From IMG/VR virus record IMGVR_UViG_3300036760_000522, positions 186,001 through 250,000 of that record: a DNA stretch of 64,000 bases; one strand, given 5' to 3'. This document shows, piece by piece, positions 18,526 through 27,818 of this stretch. The translations under genes and the position numbers were made by a program. A model generated the notes under the pieces. It was not told the origin of the DNA. It did no database searches and was given only the letters and a program-made list of their open reading frames with translations. Every line of letters begins with the position of its first letter. The first letter of the stretch is position 1.

Positions 18526-19326
18526 TTATTTTTCCCGACGCGGGACAACCCACTGTCTGGTAGTAGCTAACACCGCGGCTACATGCTTACAGACACGATT
18601 GTCACGCTCAGGGTCTCGTATGTTGGGTGGAGAGGCGGTTCCACGAGCCTTGCCGAGCTGAAAAGTTTCTTGCCGAGCGTGAAACTCTGGACCCAGCCAC
18701 TGCCATGCAGGACAAGAGCACGAAAGCTCGAGGTCAAGTTTCGTGAAATGTACTGCCGATCCCCGACGAACGGCTCGAACCTTTACGGCTTTGGCTCCGT
18801 TGCCACAATTCACACTAAAGATCCAACGCAGGTTTCTGGGATCAAATCGCTTCAAGGCAGCGGAACATCCAAGTGATCGCTCTTGGAACTTCGTATCCAA
18901 ACCTTCCAAGATCTGCTCCAGAGTTGCAGATGTCCGAATGCTTGAATCCCCGGACAACAACAGTGTCGGGGCTCCTTCCAAGCGCCAAAGCTCGACAACA
19001 AATGTCGCAGCCTTGTAGGTGTTGTCGGTATCGTCGCGATACGGATACTGTGTTTTTGTCGGAGGGTTTGGCGTGCCGAGACCAAAGTAGCTCGTCTCAC
19101 CACCGACGTCCCGAACATCTACACGTGAATGCTCCTTGGTCTTATCCGTAGGGTTCGTGATCCGCCAAATGGGCTCATCACGATTAGGCCGACGACGAGT
19201 GTCGTCAACGGGCTTCGCATGTGTCGACTGACCAGGAATGTCAGCGGGTAACGCGAGTCCACGACCAGGCGGATCTCCTGTAGGAGTCTCCGAAACCGCA
19301 CGCTGTGTTGTGAGGGCCTGTGACAC
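18526..19326 (-). CDS. SWIM zinc-finger protein
   Basis: CSCPAW...VCKHVAAVL. Confidence 0.8.
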   Translation of the reverse strand: MSQALTTQRAVSETPTGDPPGRGLALPADIPGQSTHAKPVDDTRRRPNRDEPIWRITNPTDKTKEHSRVDVRDVGGETSYFGLGTPNPPTKTQYPYRDDTDNTYKAATFVVELWRLEGAPTLLLSGDSSIRTSATLEQILEGLDTKFQERSLGCSAALKRFDPRNLRWIFSVNCGNGAKAVKVRAVRRGSAVHFTKLDLELSCSCPAWQWLGPEFHARQETFQLGKARGTASPPNIRDPERDNRVCKHVAAVLATTRQWVVPRREK

Positions 19327-19329
19327 AAC

Positions 19330-19437
19330 TTACTTCAACTTGAGTGCCCAAGACTCCAAACTATGCATGACCTTCTTGAACTCCGCAAGTGTGCGCACAG
19401 GGACAAGTGCGGACCGTCGATCGTAGCTGTAGGACAT
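19330..19437 (-). CDS. 35-aa peptide with MSYSYDRR leader
   Basis: Below the ORF-track cutoff: MSYSYDRRSALVPVRTLAEFKKVMHSLESWALKLK; AGGAG upstream; fills the gap exactly. Confidence 0.65.
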   Translation of the reverse strand: MSYSYDRRSALVPVRTLAEFKKVMHSLESWALKLK

Positions 19438-19450
19438 GATCTGACGACTC

Positions 19451-19756
19451 CTACCGACCGAACGATCGAACGATCCACTTTGATTTGAAGTCCCTCTCGA
19501 GACGCTCTATATACCGAAAAGCTTCTCCAATCGTGTGGTCAAGTTCGTACAAGTCTTTTTCGACCTTCTCGATTTCTGGATTGTCGTAGTTATCTGTGTA
19601 CACTACGCCGCTAGCGTCTCGACGCACGTCACCCAAAGCCAGGTGCAGGTGGCGAACCATAACACGAGCATCCAAAAGCTTGTCCACGGACTGCTTCAGG
19701 TAACCGAGAAGCTTGTCTGGAGATACTGACGCCCGTCGATCGTAACTGTAAGGCAT
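19451..19756 (-). CDS. Helical small protein with MPYSYDRRA leader; candidate internal virion protein
   Basis: 101-aa ORF whose 5' end is nearly identical to that of 19330..19437. Confidence 0.75.
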   Translation of the reverse strand: MPYSYDRRASVSPDKLLGYLKQSVDKLLDARVMVRHLHLALGDVRRDASGVVYTDNYDNPEIEKVEKDLYELDHTIGEAFRYIERLERDFKSKWIVRSFGR

Positions 19757-19762
19757 GATCTG

Positions 19763-21031
19763 TCAAACCTTCCAAGCGAGAGCGGCTTCCTTCTTCTTGA
19801 ACTGATTTGCTTCCCACTTCTTCTTGTCCTCTTCGGACATGTTTTCAGTGGGGTCTCCCGCCTCTTTCTTCTTGAACTGATTCGCCTCCCACTTCTTCTT
19901 GTCCTCTTCGGACATGTTCTCAGTGGGGTCCCCTGCTTCCTTTGTGAAGTTGTCCTTGTTCTTCTCGTGTTCAATCTTCCACTTCTTGGCGTCGGCTTCG
20001 GACATGTTCTCGGTCGGATCAGCCGGCTTGCCTTCTTCGAAGCGAGAGCGTTTGGCGTCGTCGTCTGAACTCGCCAAAACCGAGGGATCCAAGGAAAGTT
20101 CATTCTTGAGAAAACCGCCTAACCCAAGACGTGTTCTCATGATCTCACGTTTGAAGGCTTCCGACTTCTGTGTATCGATTGATCCGAGATGCACTAAAAC
20201 CGTTGCAATGCCGTCGACCACTTCGAGCAAATTGGTCAAAGACAACCGATAACGTTTCGCGTTAGCCTGGCGCATAGCCACCACAAGGCTCTTCCGCATG
20301 GTCTCAAACGCGATCGCTATTTGCGCGTCATCTACCGCAGCCAATTTGTTGACAACAGCATCCGGGACTGTGTGGCTCAAAACTGTAGCGAGTTCACGAG
20401 GGCTAGGACGTGAAGACCGATCTTCCAAAGAGCTTGCCAAATGCTCTAGCTGATCAGCAACCTGTCCGATGTCAGGCATCGTCGAGGCAACCACCGTAGG
20501 AGTTGTTATCACTCCTTCCGGATCCAAGCTCTCAACCAACGAGGCCACACGATCCAATGCCAATGCACCGCTCTCACGAGCTAGTTTTGCGATCTCACGG
20601 AGTTCGTCCGCGGCTTGTTTTGGCTTCATAGACACTCTATTTTCTTGCATCTGACGGTCCTCCGAACGACGCTGCACATAACGAATCCTCACGTCTTTGA
20701 GAACCCGTTCCAACTCTTCCACTTTCTCAGGCAAAAGCCCTTGCTTGATTTCCTCGTAGTCAAGACGATCTGCCGCGAGAGCTGTCGCCTCTAGAGCCTT
20801 TTGAAGCTTGAAGGCTGTCTCAGGGATGCTATTGACGAGATGGCCAGCGGTTTCGAAAATGTGATCCTTGTGTGAAGACTTGTTGATCAACACAGTTGTG
20901 TCCGCGATGTAGCGAACCAGTTGATCACAACGAAGACGCGCATCACCTAACTCCTCCATCAAATAGAGAAGAGCCCCCGCCTCCTTGGTCTGGTGCGCAG
21001 TCCGTTGCAAGCAACTGGTAAATTCATTCAC
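19763..21031 (-). CDS. Helical protein with C-terminal DPTENMSEED repeats; candidate head/internal protein
   Basis: 422-aa ORF with several KEA/RTA/KQA/KLA motifs. Confidence 0.8.
   Translation of the reverse strand: MNEFTSCLQRTAHQTKEAGALLYLMEELGDARLRCDQLVRYIADTTVLINKSSHKDHIFETAGHLVNSIPETAFKLQKALEATALAADRLDYEEIKQGLLPEKVEELERVLKDVRIRYVQRRSEDRQMQENRVSMKPKQAADELREIAKLARESGALALDRVASLVESLDPEGVITTPTVVASTMPDIGQVADQLEHLASSLEDRSSRPSPRELATVLSHTVPDAVVNKLAAVDDAQIAIAFETMRKSLVVAMRQANAKRYRLSLTNLLEVVDGIATVLVHLGSIDTQKSEAFKREIMRTRLGLGGFLKNELSLDPSVLASSDDDAKRSRFEEGKPADPTENMSEADAKKWKIEHEKNKDNFTKEAGDPTENMSEEDKKKWEANQFKKKEAGDPTENMSEEDKKKWEANQFKKKEAALAWKV
19785..20022 (-). repeat. 75-bp (25-aa) tandem repeat: two near-identical copies plus one diverged
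   Basis: KEAGDPTENMSEEDKKKWEANQFKK x2 and ADPTENMSEADAKKW. Confidence 0.9.
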
Positions 21032-21431
21032 CTGATGGATCCAATTTCTTCCGAAGAGCTTTCAAGTACGCTAGGGCGTTGGTATTCTCTTTGAGAGAAT
21101 ACAATGTGGTTTGACGAACAACCGTGACTCCTCGCTCTAGATCGTAGCGACCCAGTCCCCAGAGACGTGACATTGGGTCGTCACAAATCTTCAAGTCTCC
21201 CCCCTGCCTTGCGAAGTCGACAAGCTCGAGAGCAGAGACAACCTTTCGCTCAGGTATCAAAGGGCCGTTGCCGAACATAGGGAACTCCTCGAGAGCTTCC
21301 TTGTATCCAGGGTTTTGGACGATGATTCCGAACATGCCACGTTCATGATCATCCGCCCGATAAACGGTCAAACCATCCTTCTGGAGAGCTGAAATCCTCT
21401 CCAGAAGGAGCTCCTCCGTCATGGGCTTCAT
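21024..21431 (-). CDS. Hypothetical protein
   Basis: 135-aa ORF overlapping both neighbours. Confidence 0.7.
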   Translation of the reverse strand: MKPMTEELLLERISALQKDGLTVYRADDHERGMFGIIVQNPGYKEALEEFPMFGNGPLIPERKVVSALELVDFARQGGDLKICDDPMSRLWGLGRYDLERGVTVVRQTTLYSLKENTNALAYLKALRKKLDPSGE

Positions 21432-22351
21432 ACGAAAATCTCCGGGAACTCAGACATGATCGCGTCACGAGTCTCGACAGAGGTCTCAGCAGCCACAGCG
21501 GCTCGAAGCACATCCTGACGATCTCCATAGTCCGCCACCAAACGAGCGACCTTGCGCTTCACTGGCTGATCGAAGTCGTAGTTGTCTGGAAAGTCTGGAG
21601 TAATGGATCTTGCAACTTTCCTGCGTGTGTCAGTCGTGGCAACACGCGGAGTTAACGGTTTCATCGATCCAGGGCCATTCGTGTTTGTGATCCGCACGCC
21701 GTCCTGGACCACGACATCGTCCCCAGGACGTGCAGAAGTCTTGGGAGTACCGAGTGTCAAAGTAGACGAGATTCCTTCTTCACTAGCAATGCGCTTTGAA
21801 ACTGCGTCACGCCCAACGCTCATACTAGATTGAAAAAACGCAGCCTCATCTGTAGGCATACCAAGCAAAGCTTCGTCAACTGTCTGACCCTCTGCGGGGT
21901 CAATCTGAACATTGTTGAGCTGATTGTTGATCTCGGAAAGGCTTTCCAAACCTAGATTTGTCGAACTCTTCGCTGATGTGCGAAGCGTTCGAACGGTGTT
22001 CACATTGCCCGTCTCGATTGGGGCTTCTGTACTCGCCAGGTTCTTCTGCTGGACCGTTGGATCCATGACATTGCCGCCTTGAGCTGGACCGACTCTGATC
22101 CCAGCCCTCGGTGAAGCATGTCTCTTCGCAGTTGCAGGAGCGAGACTTGATGTTTCAGTTGCAACTCGACTCTTTAGCCAACCAGCTTTGATGGCCCCAC
22201 GAAGCTGAGGCAAAACGACCGGATCTTGGCCGTCGATCATCACTCGAGTCCCATCAAATAGGATGGTGGTGTCTTTTTCAACTGGAACGTTTAACCCTCC
22301 CAACAGGAAGCGTTGGGTGACTGTGTACTCGACGTATTGTTGTGTTCCCAT
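21428..22351 (-). CDS. Hypothetical protein (307 aa)
   Basis: Start reassigned to ATG 22351 (AAGGAG SD), which removes the overlap with the upstream gene. Confidence 0.75.
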   Translation of the reverse strand: MGTQQYVEYTVTQRFLLGGLNVPVEKDTTILFDGTRVMIDGQDPVVLPQLRGAIKAGWLKSRVATETSSLAPATAKRHASPRAGIRVGPAQGGNVMDPTVQQKNLASTEAPIETGNVNTVRTLRTSAKSSTNLGLESLSEINNQLNNVQIDPAEGQTVDEALLGMPTDEAAFFQSSMSVGRDAVSKRIASEEGISSTLTLGTPKTSARPGDDVVVQDGVRITNTNGPGSMKPLTPRVATTDTRRKVARSITPDFPDNYDFDQPVKRKVARLVADYGDRQDVLRAAVAAETSVETRDAIMSEFPEIFV

Positions 22352-22407
22352 TTTGGATCTCCTTCTATTTGTTTTTTTGGCGGATCGTTCAAGATCCGTA
22401 GAGTGTC

Positions 22408-23034
22408 TCAGTGCCCGTGTCCGAATGCCGTTTGGTACTTGGGCTTTCCGTCCCACTTGCTGGCAGAGTGTCCATCGATGGTGAATGACTGCCCCGACGG
22501 ACGGACTCGTTTGGTCGGACCCGTGAACTTGCCAGGAACGGCTACTACATAGTCAGTAGCCTCGTGCCCGCCTGTGGTTTTCTCTGCGATCTTTCGAACA
22601 AGGAGTACCTTGCCTCGAACCTCGACCACTTCATAGAAGTCGATGTTTGTCTGATCGTAGCCCCAACTCGTGTAGTAGATATCGCCAACGTCGGCATCGT
22701 GTTTGAACTCACGCCGCTCCTGTTGACGGTCCTCTTTCATCTTGAGCCGGGTTCTCTGGCCCGCAATTGTTTCTTCAATCTTCCGAGTCCGATCGGCCTC
22801 GCTGAGGAAACGGTAATTCCAGAGTGGCTTGTTGGCTTTGCCGGAGAAAGCGATCCCGTACGGCTTACTATTCGACTCCCAAGTCCAAATCGCGAGATCT
22901 GTACCCTCAGGGGTGATGGGATCCTTATCTCGTACCTCGGGCGGAAGATGAAACGACCGAGGTACGTGAAATCGACCCGGGAGGCCTGCCTCACGAAATC
23001 GGGCGACTACGTTCGAGATGATGACGGAATCCAC
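22408..23034 (-). CDS. SWGYDQTN-motif protein with an N-terminal VVARFREA leader
   Basis: VGDIYYTSWGYDQTNIDFYEVV; probable leaderless GTG start at 23034, 14 nt after the late-promoter motif. Confidence 0.75.
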   Translation of the reverse strand: MDSVIISNVVARFREAGLPGRFHVPRSFHLPPEVRDKDPITPEGTDLAIWTWESNSKPYGIAFSGKANKPLWNYRFLSEADRTRKIEETIAGQRTRLKMKEDRQQERREFKHDADVGDIYYTSWGYDQTNIDFYEVVEVRGKVLLVRKIAEKTTGGHEATDYVVAVPGKFTGPTKRVRPSGQSFTIDGHSASKWDGKPKYQTAFGHGH

Positions 23035-23057
23035 ATACACACAAACTGACAAAAGCA

Positions 23058-23687
23058 TTAGAGTGAGGAGGCGATCACTGTGTGCAAGGACTCATCGACA
23101 AAACGCCGCTTCGCTTGCGCATAGCGGCCCCAAAGAACGAAGACGACGGGTCGGCCAAGAGCATTGATGGCTTGAAGGGTCGCGTCTGTAAACGTTTCCC
23201 AGCCGTGGTCTCGGTGCGAACCAGGCTCACTGTCACGAACTGTCAGCACCGAATTGAGAAGCAAGATCCCTTGGCGAGCCCACCCCCACAAGGAGCCGTT
23301 CTGTCTAGTAACTCCAACATCCTGCTCAAGCTCGACGTAGATGTTCTGTAGGCTCGGTGGTGAGGCGTAACCGTGGGGCACGGAGAAGCAGAGGCCGTGA
23401 GCCTGTCCGAGCTTGTGATAGGGGTCCTGCCCCAAGATCACCACGCGGACGTCTTCGAGATGTGCCGCCTTGTAGGCGTTGAATATTTTGTGAGTAGGTG
23501 GATAGACAGGTAGCTGCTTCCGTTCGCTGCGTACGAAAGCAACCAACTCACGGAAGTACGCCTTTCTCGCCTCAGTACGAAAGAGTTCCTCCCATGCACC
23601 CCACAAGTTGTTCGTGTCCGCCACTCCTGTGAGCGAACACTGCACAAACGAAAGAGCCAAGAACCCGTAGGCTCCTGGCTCTTTCAA
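23058..23687 (-). pseudogene. ung: Family-1 uracil-DNA glycosylase, C-terminally truncated
   Basis: VILGQDPYH, HGLCFSV, PPSLQNI, LLLNSVLTV and VFVLWG present; stops at IASSL* before the HPSPLS motif. Confidence 0.8.
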
Positions 23688-23788
23688 TCTTCAAGGAGGT
23701 GTACGTACTGACTAACAATGCAGCGGGTTCAAAAGTAGTTTCCGTCTCAGGTCCGTTTGATGGGATCGCTACCAGTGGAGGACTGTCA

Positions 23789-24157
23789 ATGATTTACGAG
23801 TACAACGCCAAGCTTCTACGCGTCGTCGACGGGGACACTATTTGGCTTGATGTCAACCTTGGCTTCGGGATCCATGCGACGCTAGACTTTCGACTTTACG
23901 GAATCAACACTCCGGAAGTGATCGGAACAACCAAGACCGCTGGGCTCGCCGCCAAGGCCGAGCTTGAACGGCTTCTTTCCGTAGCTGCACAACTTGGAAA
24001 TCCTCTGAAAATTGAGAGTACGAAATCTGACAAGTACGGTCGATATTTAGCTGTCATCCACGTCAAACAAGCCGACGGTACGGAGATCGACGTCAACGAG
24101 GAACTGATCAAGCAAGGCCATGCGACGCGGTACTTTGGAGTTGGGCCCAAGGTTTGA
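23789..24157 (+). CDS. Thermonuclease (SNase family)
   Basis: RVVDGDT, RLYGINTPE, DKYGRYLA, VNEELIKQGHA; start reassigned to ATG 23789 (GGAGG SD). Confidence 0.9.
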   Translation: MIYEYNAKLLRVVDGDTIWLDVNLGFGIHATLDFRLYGINTPEVIGTTKTAGLAAKAELERLLSVAAQLGNPLKIESTKSDKYGRYLAVIHVKQADGTEIDVNEELIKQGHATRYFGVGPKV

Positions 24158-24171
24158 TCGGAAGTGTGGCC

Positions 24172-26070
24172 TCACACAAAAACAAAAACCTGCTCAGTAG
24201 CTGGCACCTTTCCTATTCTACCAAGAGGTAGAACCAAGGTGCGCTGCAAACGAAACCCTGCGAGACCTGCCAGTCGCACCAACTCGTCCGCAATCGGGAA
24301 CCGTTGTGCCCCTCGTCGCACATTCTTTGTGTTCACACAAAACAAACCACCGTCACGTAAGTGTCGTTTGGACTTCAACACGAACGGTTGAAGAAACCCT
24401 TCCAGCCAAAGATCCCACGTTGAATACCTGACCCAACTCTGCGCCGCACTATCAGAGTACTTCTCGACCGAAAAGTACGGAGGACTCGTTAGTACAAGAT
24501 CCGCGCGCAAGTCTGCCAGGTCCACGTCTTCGAACGGGTATTCAAAAAAGTCAAAATGGCCAACCACCGATTGCAAAGCTGTGTATGACGCACCAGCTTT
24601 AGGATGAGGATCAACGCCAACGTATCGTCTACCGCTTGCCAGAGTCCCTACAGCACGACCACCATAACCAGCACACGGATCCAAGACGGTACCGCCAACA
24701 GGGCACAACGCCTCCACCAGAGCCTTTGCAAAACAAGGGCGAAAATTGGTCGGGCCACGAACAACGGCCTGCAAAGCGCGAAACACACGTACAGGCTGCA
24801 CAGGATCACCAACAGCCAATTGAAACTTCACGGCCCTACGCACATATTCCTGGTCGTACCACGCCGATCGCACTGAAGGACGATCTTGATATCTAGCGTC
24901 ATATCTGTGTGGAAAGAACCGCTGACACAGCTTCGATCCTGAACGTGTTTCACGCACCAATCTATCTTCCACTAGTTCAGTTTTGGACAACAACAGCTTA
25001 GACCAATCTATCTCCGCCTCCTCCATCGACGGCACAACCAAAGGCAGCACAGTTCTCGAAAGAACAGCGACGACGCTCTCTACATACGTTAGTGTGCGAG
25101 CGTCCAGCCTCTTGATCGCAAGACTCGCAGTTTCAACGTCCAACTCGACTTTGCTGCTACGTGAAGGACGACCTGTACATCCAGGGGCTAAACCGTGTTG
25201 TTTCCTCCAACGCGAAACACTTGTGCGGGACACTTGAAGTACATCAGCGATGTCGTCGGTATGGAGGCCCCGATCAAATAACGATCGCAAACGATCGTAG
25301 GTCAACAGATCTCGAGGCGCTAAACCAGCCTTGGGCGTCTTGACAGCGATCTTGTAACCGAGGCTAGGATGTAGATGTGGACGCACCAAATCCAAAAACC
25401 TGTTCAGCGCTGTGCGCCCTTGAATGTGGAGGGATCCGTCCTCGTAGACTTTGCTTCTGATACCCAGACTTGTCAGAATTCCAACCTGCACGCGTTGATC
25501 CTCTAGTGAGGGACCAACAGTGATCCTTACGTAATTACCTGAACGCGATCCATCATCCATGAACCAGACAGCCAGAGCTAAGCCGTCTACCCACTCTACT
25601 GGCAAGCGTGTAAACGTTTTGGGCCCTGAACCTGACGGGTAGAACAACTGCCAATAAGGAAAGAGGGCTCGACACGCATGTGTGAACAATCGATGACCCA
25701 GATACTCCCCTTTATCTGCTTTCCGAATGGCTACTGTAAACACCCCCCACTCCTCAGCTTTCCACAACAAATACTCATGTTGTTTGACGGAGTGGTGTTC
25801 TTGGTATCGTGCTGTATTTGTACCAGAACGCCGTAAGTTACCGTCACCTAACATTGATCCAACTAGAATTGACCTCAGACGATCGGTCAAAGTATCTGGG
25901 AGCCCAAAGCGATCACTCTTAGTCAGTGTCGGAATGCCGTACTTCTGGCGAAGACGACTAACGTGTGCTTGGGAAATACCAAACACACGACCAATTTCGG
26001 TCTCTGTCTTGTGCTGATCAAGATAAAGGTCCCGCAGAAATTGTTCCGTCAATCGTGTCGACACCTTCAC
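24172..26070 (-). CDS. HTH + double-motif LAGLIDADG endonuclease + HTH + amino-DNA methyltransferase fusion
   Basis: LVGSMLGDG and LAVWFMDDG (LAGLIDADG_2); IADVLQVSRTSVSRW (HTH); VLDPCAGYGGR and LTSPPY (MTase). Confidence 0.85.
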   Translation of the reverse strand: MKVSTRLTEQFLRDLYLDQHKTETEIGRVFGISQAHVSRLRQKYGIPTLTKSDRFGLPDTLTDRLRSILVGSMLGDGNLRRSGTNTARYQEHHSVKQHEYLLWKAEEWGVFTVAIRKADKGEYLGHRLFTHACRALFPYWQLFYPSGSGPKTFTRLPVEWVDGLALAVWFMDDGSRSGNYVRITVGPSLEDQRVQVGILTSLGIRSKVYEDGSLHIQGRTALNRFLDLVRPHLHPSLGYKIAVKTPKAGLAPRDLLTYDRLRSLFDRGLHTDDIADVLQVSRTSVSRWRKQHGLAPGCTGRPSRSSKVELDVETASLAIKRLDARTLTYVESVVAVLSRTVLPLVVPSMEEAEIDWSKLLLSKTELVEDRLVRETRSGSKLCQRFFPHRYDARYQDRPSVRSAWYDQEYVRRAVKFQLAVGDPVQPVRVFRALQAVVRGPTNFRPCFAKALVEALCPVGGTVLDPCAGYGGRAVGTLASGRRYVGVDPHPKAGASYTALQSVVGHFDFFEYPFEDVDLADLRADLVLTSPPYFSVEKYSDSAAQSWVRYSTWDLWLEGFLQPFVLKSKRHLRDGGLFCVNTKNVRRGAQRFPIADELVRLAGLAGFRLQRTLVLPLGRIGKVPATEQVFVFV

Positions 26071-26210
26071 ACGATTAGCATACTTCTGTGCAACGATTCA
26101 GTGCTGTAGTGATTTTTCTCAGCAAACAAACCTGTCGGTAACCAGACACAGTACGAACCAAACACGGTTGCAATCGGAAAAAACGACGACGACCCAACAA
26201 TGATTGAAAT

Positions 26211-26247
26211 AGAAAAAGGCCGCCAGGGGTCTCCCAGCGGCCTTTCT
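26211..26247 (-). terminator. Intrinsic terminator after the major capsid gene
   Basis: AAAGGCCGC-TGGGAGACCCCTG-GCGGCCTTTTTCT on the minus strand. Confidence 0.85.
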
Positions 26248-26289
26248 AGATCAACGATTACAGATTGCTCAACTACTCTGAATCACTGA

Positions 26290-27174
26290 TCAAACTCTGG
26301 TCACGACCAGGCGGCTGACAGCACGTGGGTTGAACGCGCCGATGCCGATATTTTCAAAGACCGAAAATCCGATCAGACGGTTCTTGGGATCGTCGGCGCT
26401 CAAAACCGTGAGTTCTGTACGAACCGGGAACCGGCCAAAGTTCTCGGCTTCCGCGCAGATGTAGATGAACCCAACCGGTACGATTCTGCTCGTGATGATC
26501 TGCGCTCCCCACAACACAGCTTGTAGGCCTGTGTTGAGAAGGACGGCCTGGCTTTCGATATCCAGGATGTCCCGACCGAACTTGCGGATGTCCGCATAGT
26601 CGGTCGCGTTCATGAAGATCCGGGCGACCCGAAGCCCGTGACGCTCGACCTCTGCGAATGCGTCGGCCAAGAACGACGGTGAGACCGGTGCGACCACAGC
26701 CAAGTCAGGGTTGGTCTGACCGGGTAGTGTGTCGAAGCCGCTGACAGCAACGCTGTCAACGATTGCGAAACCGCGCTCGTCTTCAGCTGCTGCAATCTGC
26801 GCTTTCGCCAGGTCCTGAGCACGCTCGATCATGTCGAACCTGCGCTCCTTGATCTGGGAGAGCGGGATCTCAGGATTCGAAGCAATCTCGAAGACCGGGA
26901 AGATCACACGACGTGACTTCTGGATCGACTGGATGTTGGCGCCTTCTTCACCGACGACGAACGCCGTGACTTCAGGATCCTTGTCGTAAACAGGCAAGGC
27001 GCCGTCAGGCAGCTCTTCCACGAGGAAGCTCTTCCGGATGACTGCCACGTAGTCGCGTCGTAGACGCAACGATTGAATCATCGAAGCCGCAAGCTTCTCA
27101 CGCCCTTGCGGTGTTCTGATGTGTTCGCCGATTAGGCGCTGTCGGATCTCGTTACTGATTATGGAAGCTGACAT
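26290..27174 (-). CDS. Major capsid protein (HK97 fold)
   Basis: GREKLAASM...RRDY...ELPDGALPVYD, IFMNATDYADIRKFG, LWGAQII, IGAFNPRAV; follows protease, scaffold and decoration genes; strong terminator. Confidence 0.88.
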   Translation of the reverse strand: MSASIISNEIRQRLIGEHIRTPQGREKLAASMIQSLRLRRDYVAVIRKSFLVEELPDGALPVYDKDPEVTAFVVGEEGANIQSIQKSRRVIFPVFEIASNPEIPLSQIKERRFDMIERAQDLAKAQIAAAEDERGFAIVDSVAVSGFDTLPGQTNPDLAVVAPVSPSFLADAFAEVERHGLRVARIFMNATDYADIRKFGRDILDIESQAVLLNTGLQAVLWGAQIITSRIVPVGFIYICAEAENFGRFPVRTELTVLSADDPKNRLIGFSVFENIGIGAFNPRAVSRLVVTRV

Positions 27175-27194
27175 GTTTCACCTCAAATCCGAGA

Positions 27195-27818
27195 TCAGAC
27201 CCGGAGATCCAGAACCAGTAGTGTGTTGTTAGCGTCTGGGGCGATTCGTACGATCCCCATGAGGGTGACGAAGTCCCGGTTGTTCTGACCGGCTACGTTC
27301 CACTCGTAGGCATCTTCAATACGATTCGTCAAAAGACCATTGACGCTCGCGTAGAGTTTGTCGCCCTGCGCATACGTGAGAGCCGCAGAGCCACCAACTT
27401 GTTGTTGTGTTTCCCACAGGCTCACAGCGTCTGTGCCGAAACCACAGAGGAATGGGCCTCGACCCGAAGCGACGCCAGGCGTGTTCTCGAATGGGTTTCC
27501 GAGAGCGTCGTTGATGAAGAGACCGAGGGGCTTCTGGCCAGCAACGTAGGCCGCAGCAATCTGCACGGGGCCGCCGATGTAGCCGTTACCACCATCGGGG
27601 CGTGTGAACGCCACCGTGGCTCCCAAAACACCAACTCTGGTGATCCCACTCAAAGTGGTTGACTTGTTGGCTACTGCGGTGACGACTGGGGGATTCGCTT
27701 GCGTGAACGCATCTACCGTCAGGATCCCAATTGAGTTGCGGATCCCAGAGTGTAGAATTTGTACACGACCAGAGGTTTCCCTGAAGTCACCCGAGCCTTG
27801 ACCGATACTCAAAGGCAT
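27195..27818 (-). CDS. Capsid decoration/cement protein
   Basis: Position immediately before the MCP; PLGLFIND, YAQGDKLYASVNGLLT, MGIVRIAP. Confidence 0.7.
   Translation of the reverse strand: MPLSIGQGSGDFRETSGRVQILHSGIRNSIGILTVDAFTQANPPVVTAVANKSTTLSGITRVGVLGATVAFTRPDGGNGYIGGPVQIAAAYVAGQKPLGLFINDALGNPFENTPGVASGRGPFLCGFGTDAVSLWETQQQVGGSAALTYAQGDKLYASVNGLLTNRIEDAYEWNVAGQNNRDFVTLMGIVRIAPDANNTLLVLDLRV

Noticed and set aside
19414-19762. 30-bp repeats considered as a CRISPR mini-array or att sites
   Set aside because: Only two copies, 319 bp apart, both coinciding with gene starts. No cas or integrase gene is present, and the PD-(D/E)XK nuclease lies in a recombination operon.
22372-22400. Hairpin CGGATC-N6-GATCCG as a terminator
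   Set aside because: It is followed by an A-run on the coding strand and has no downstream U-tract on either strand; too weak to call.
24172-26070. LAGLIDADG domain as part of an intein or group I intron
   Set aside because: No N-terminal Cys/Ser block or His-Asn end, no interrupted host gene, and the capsid gene ends normally before a terminator.
26071-26210. Sigma-70-like promoter or ncRNA upstream of the LAGLIDADG-MTase gene
   Set aside because: TTGCAA and TATGCT/TACTGT hexamers are present but not at canonical spacing, and no convincing RNA fold was seen.
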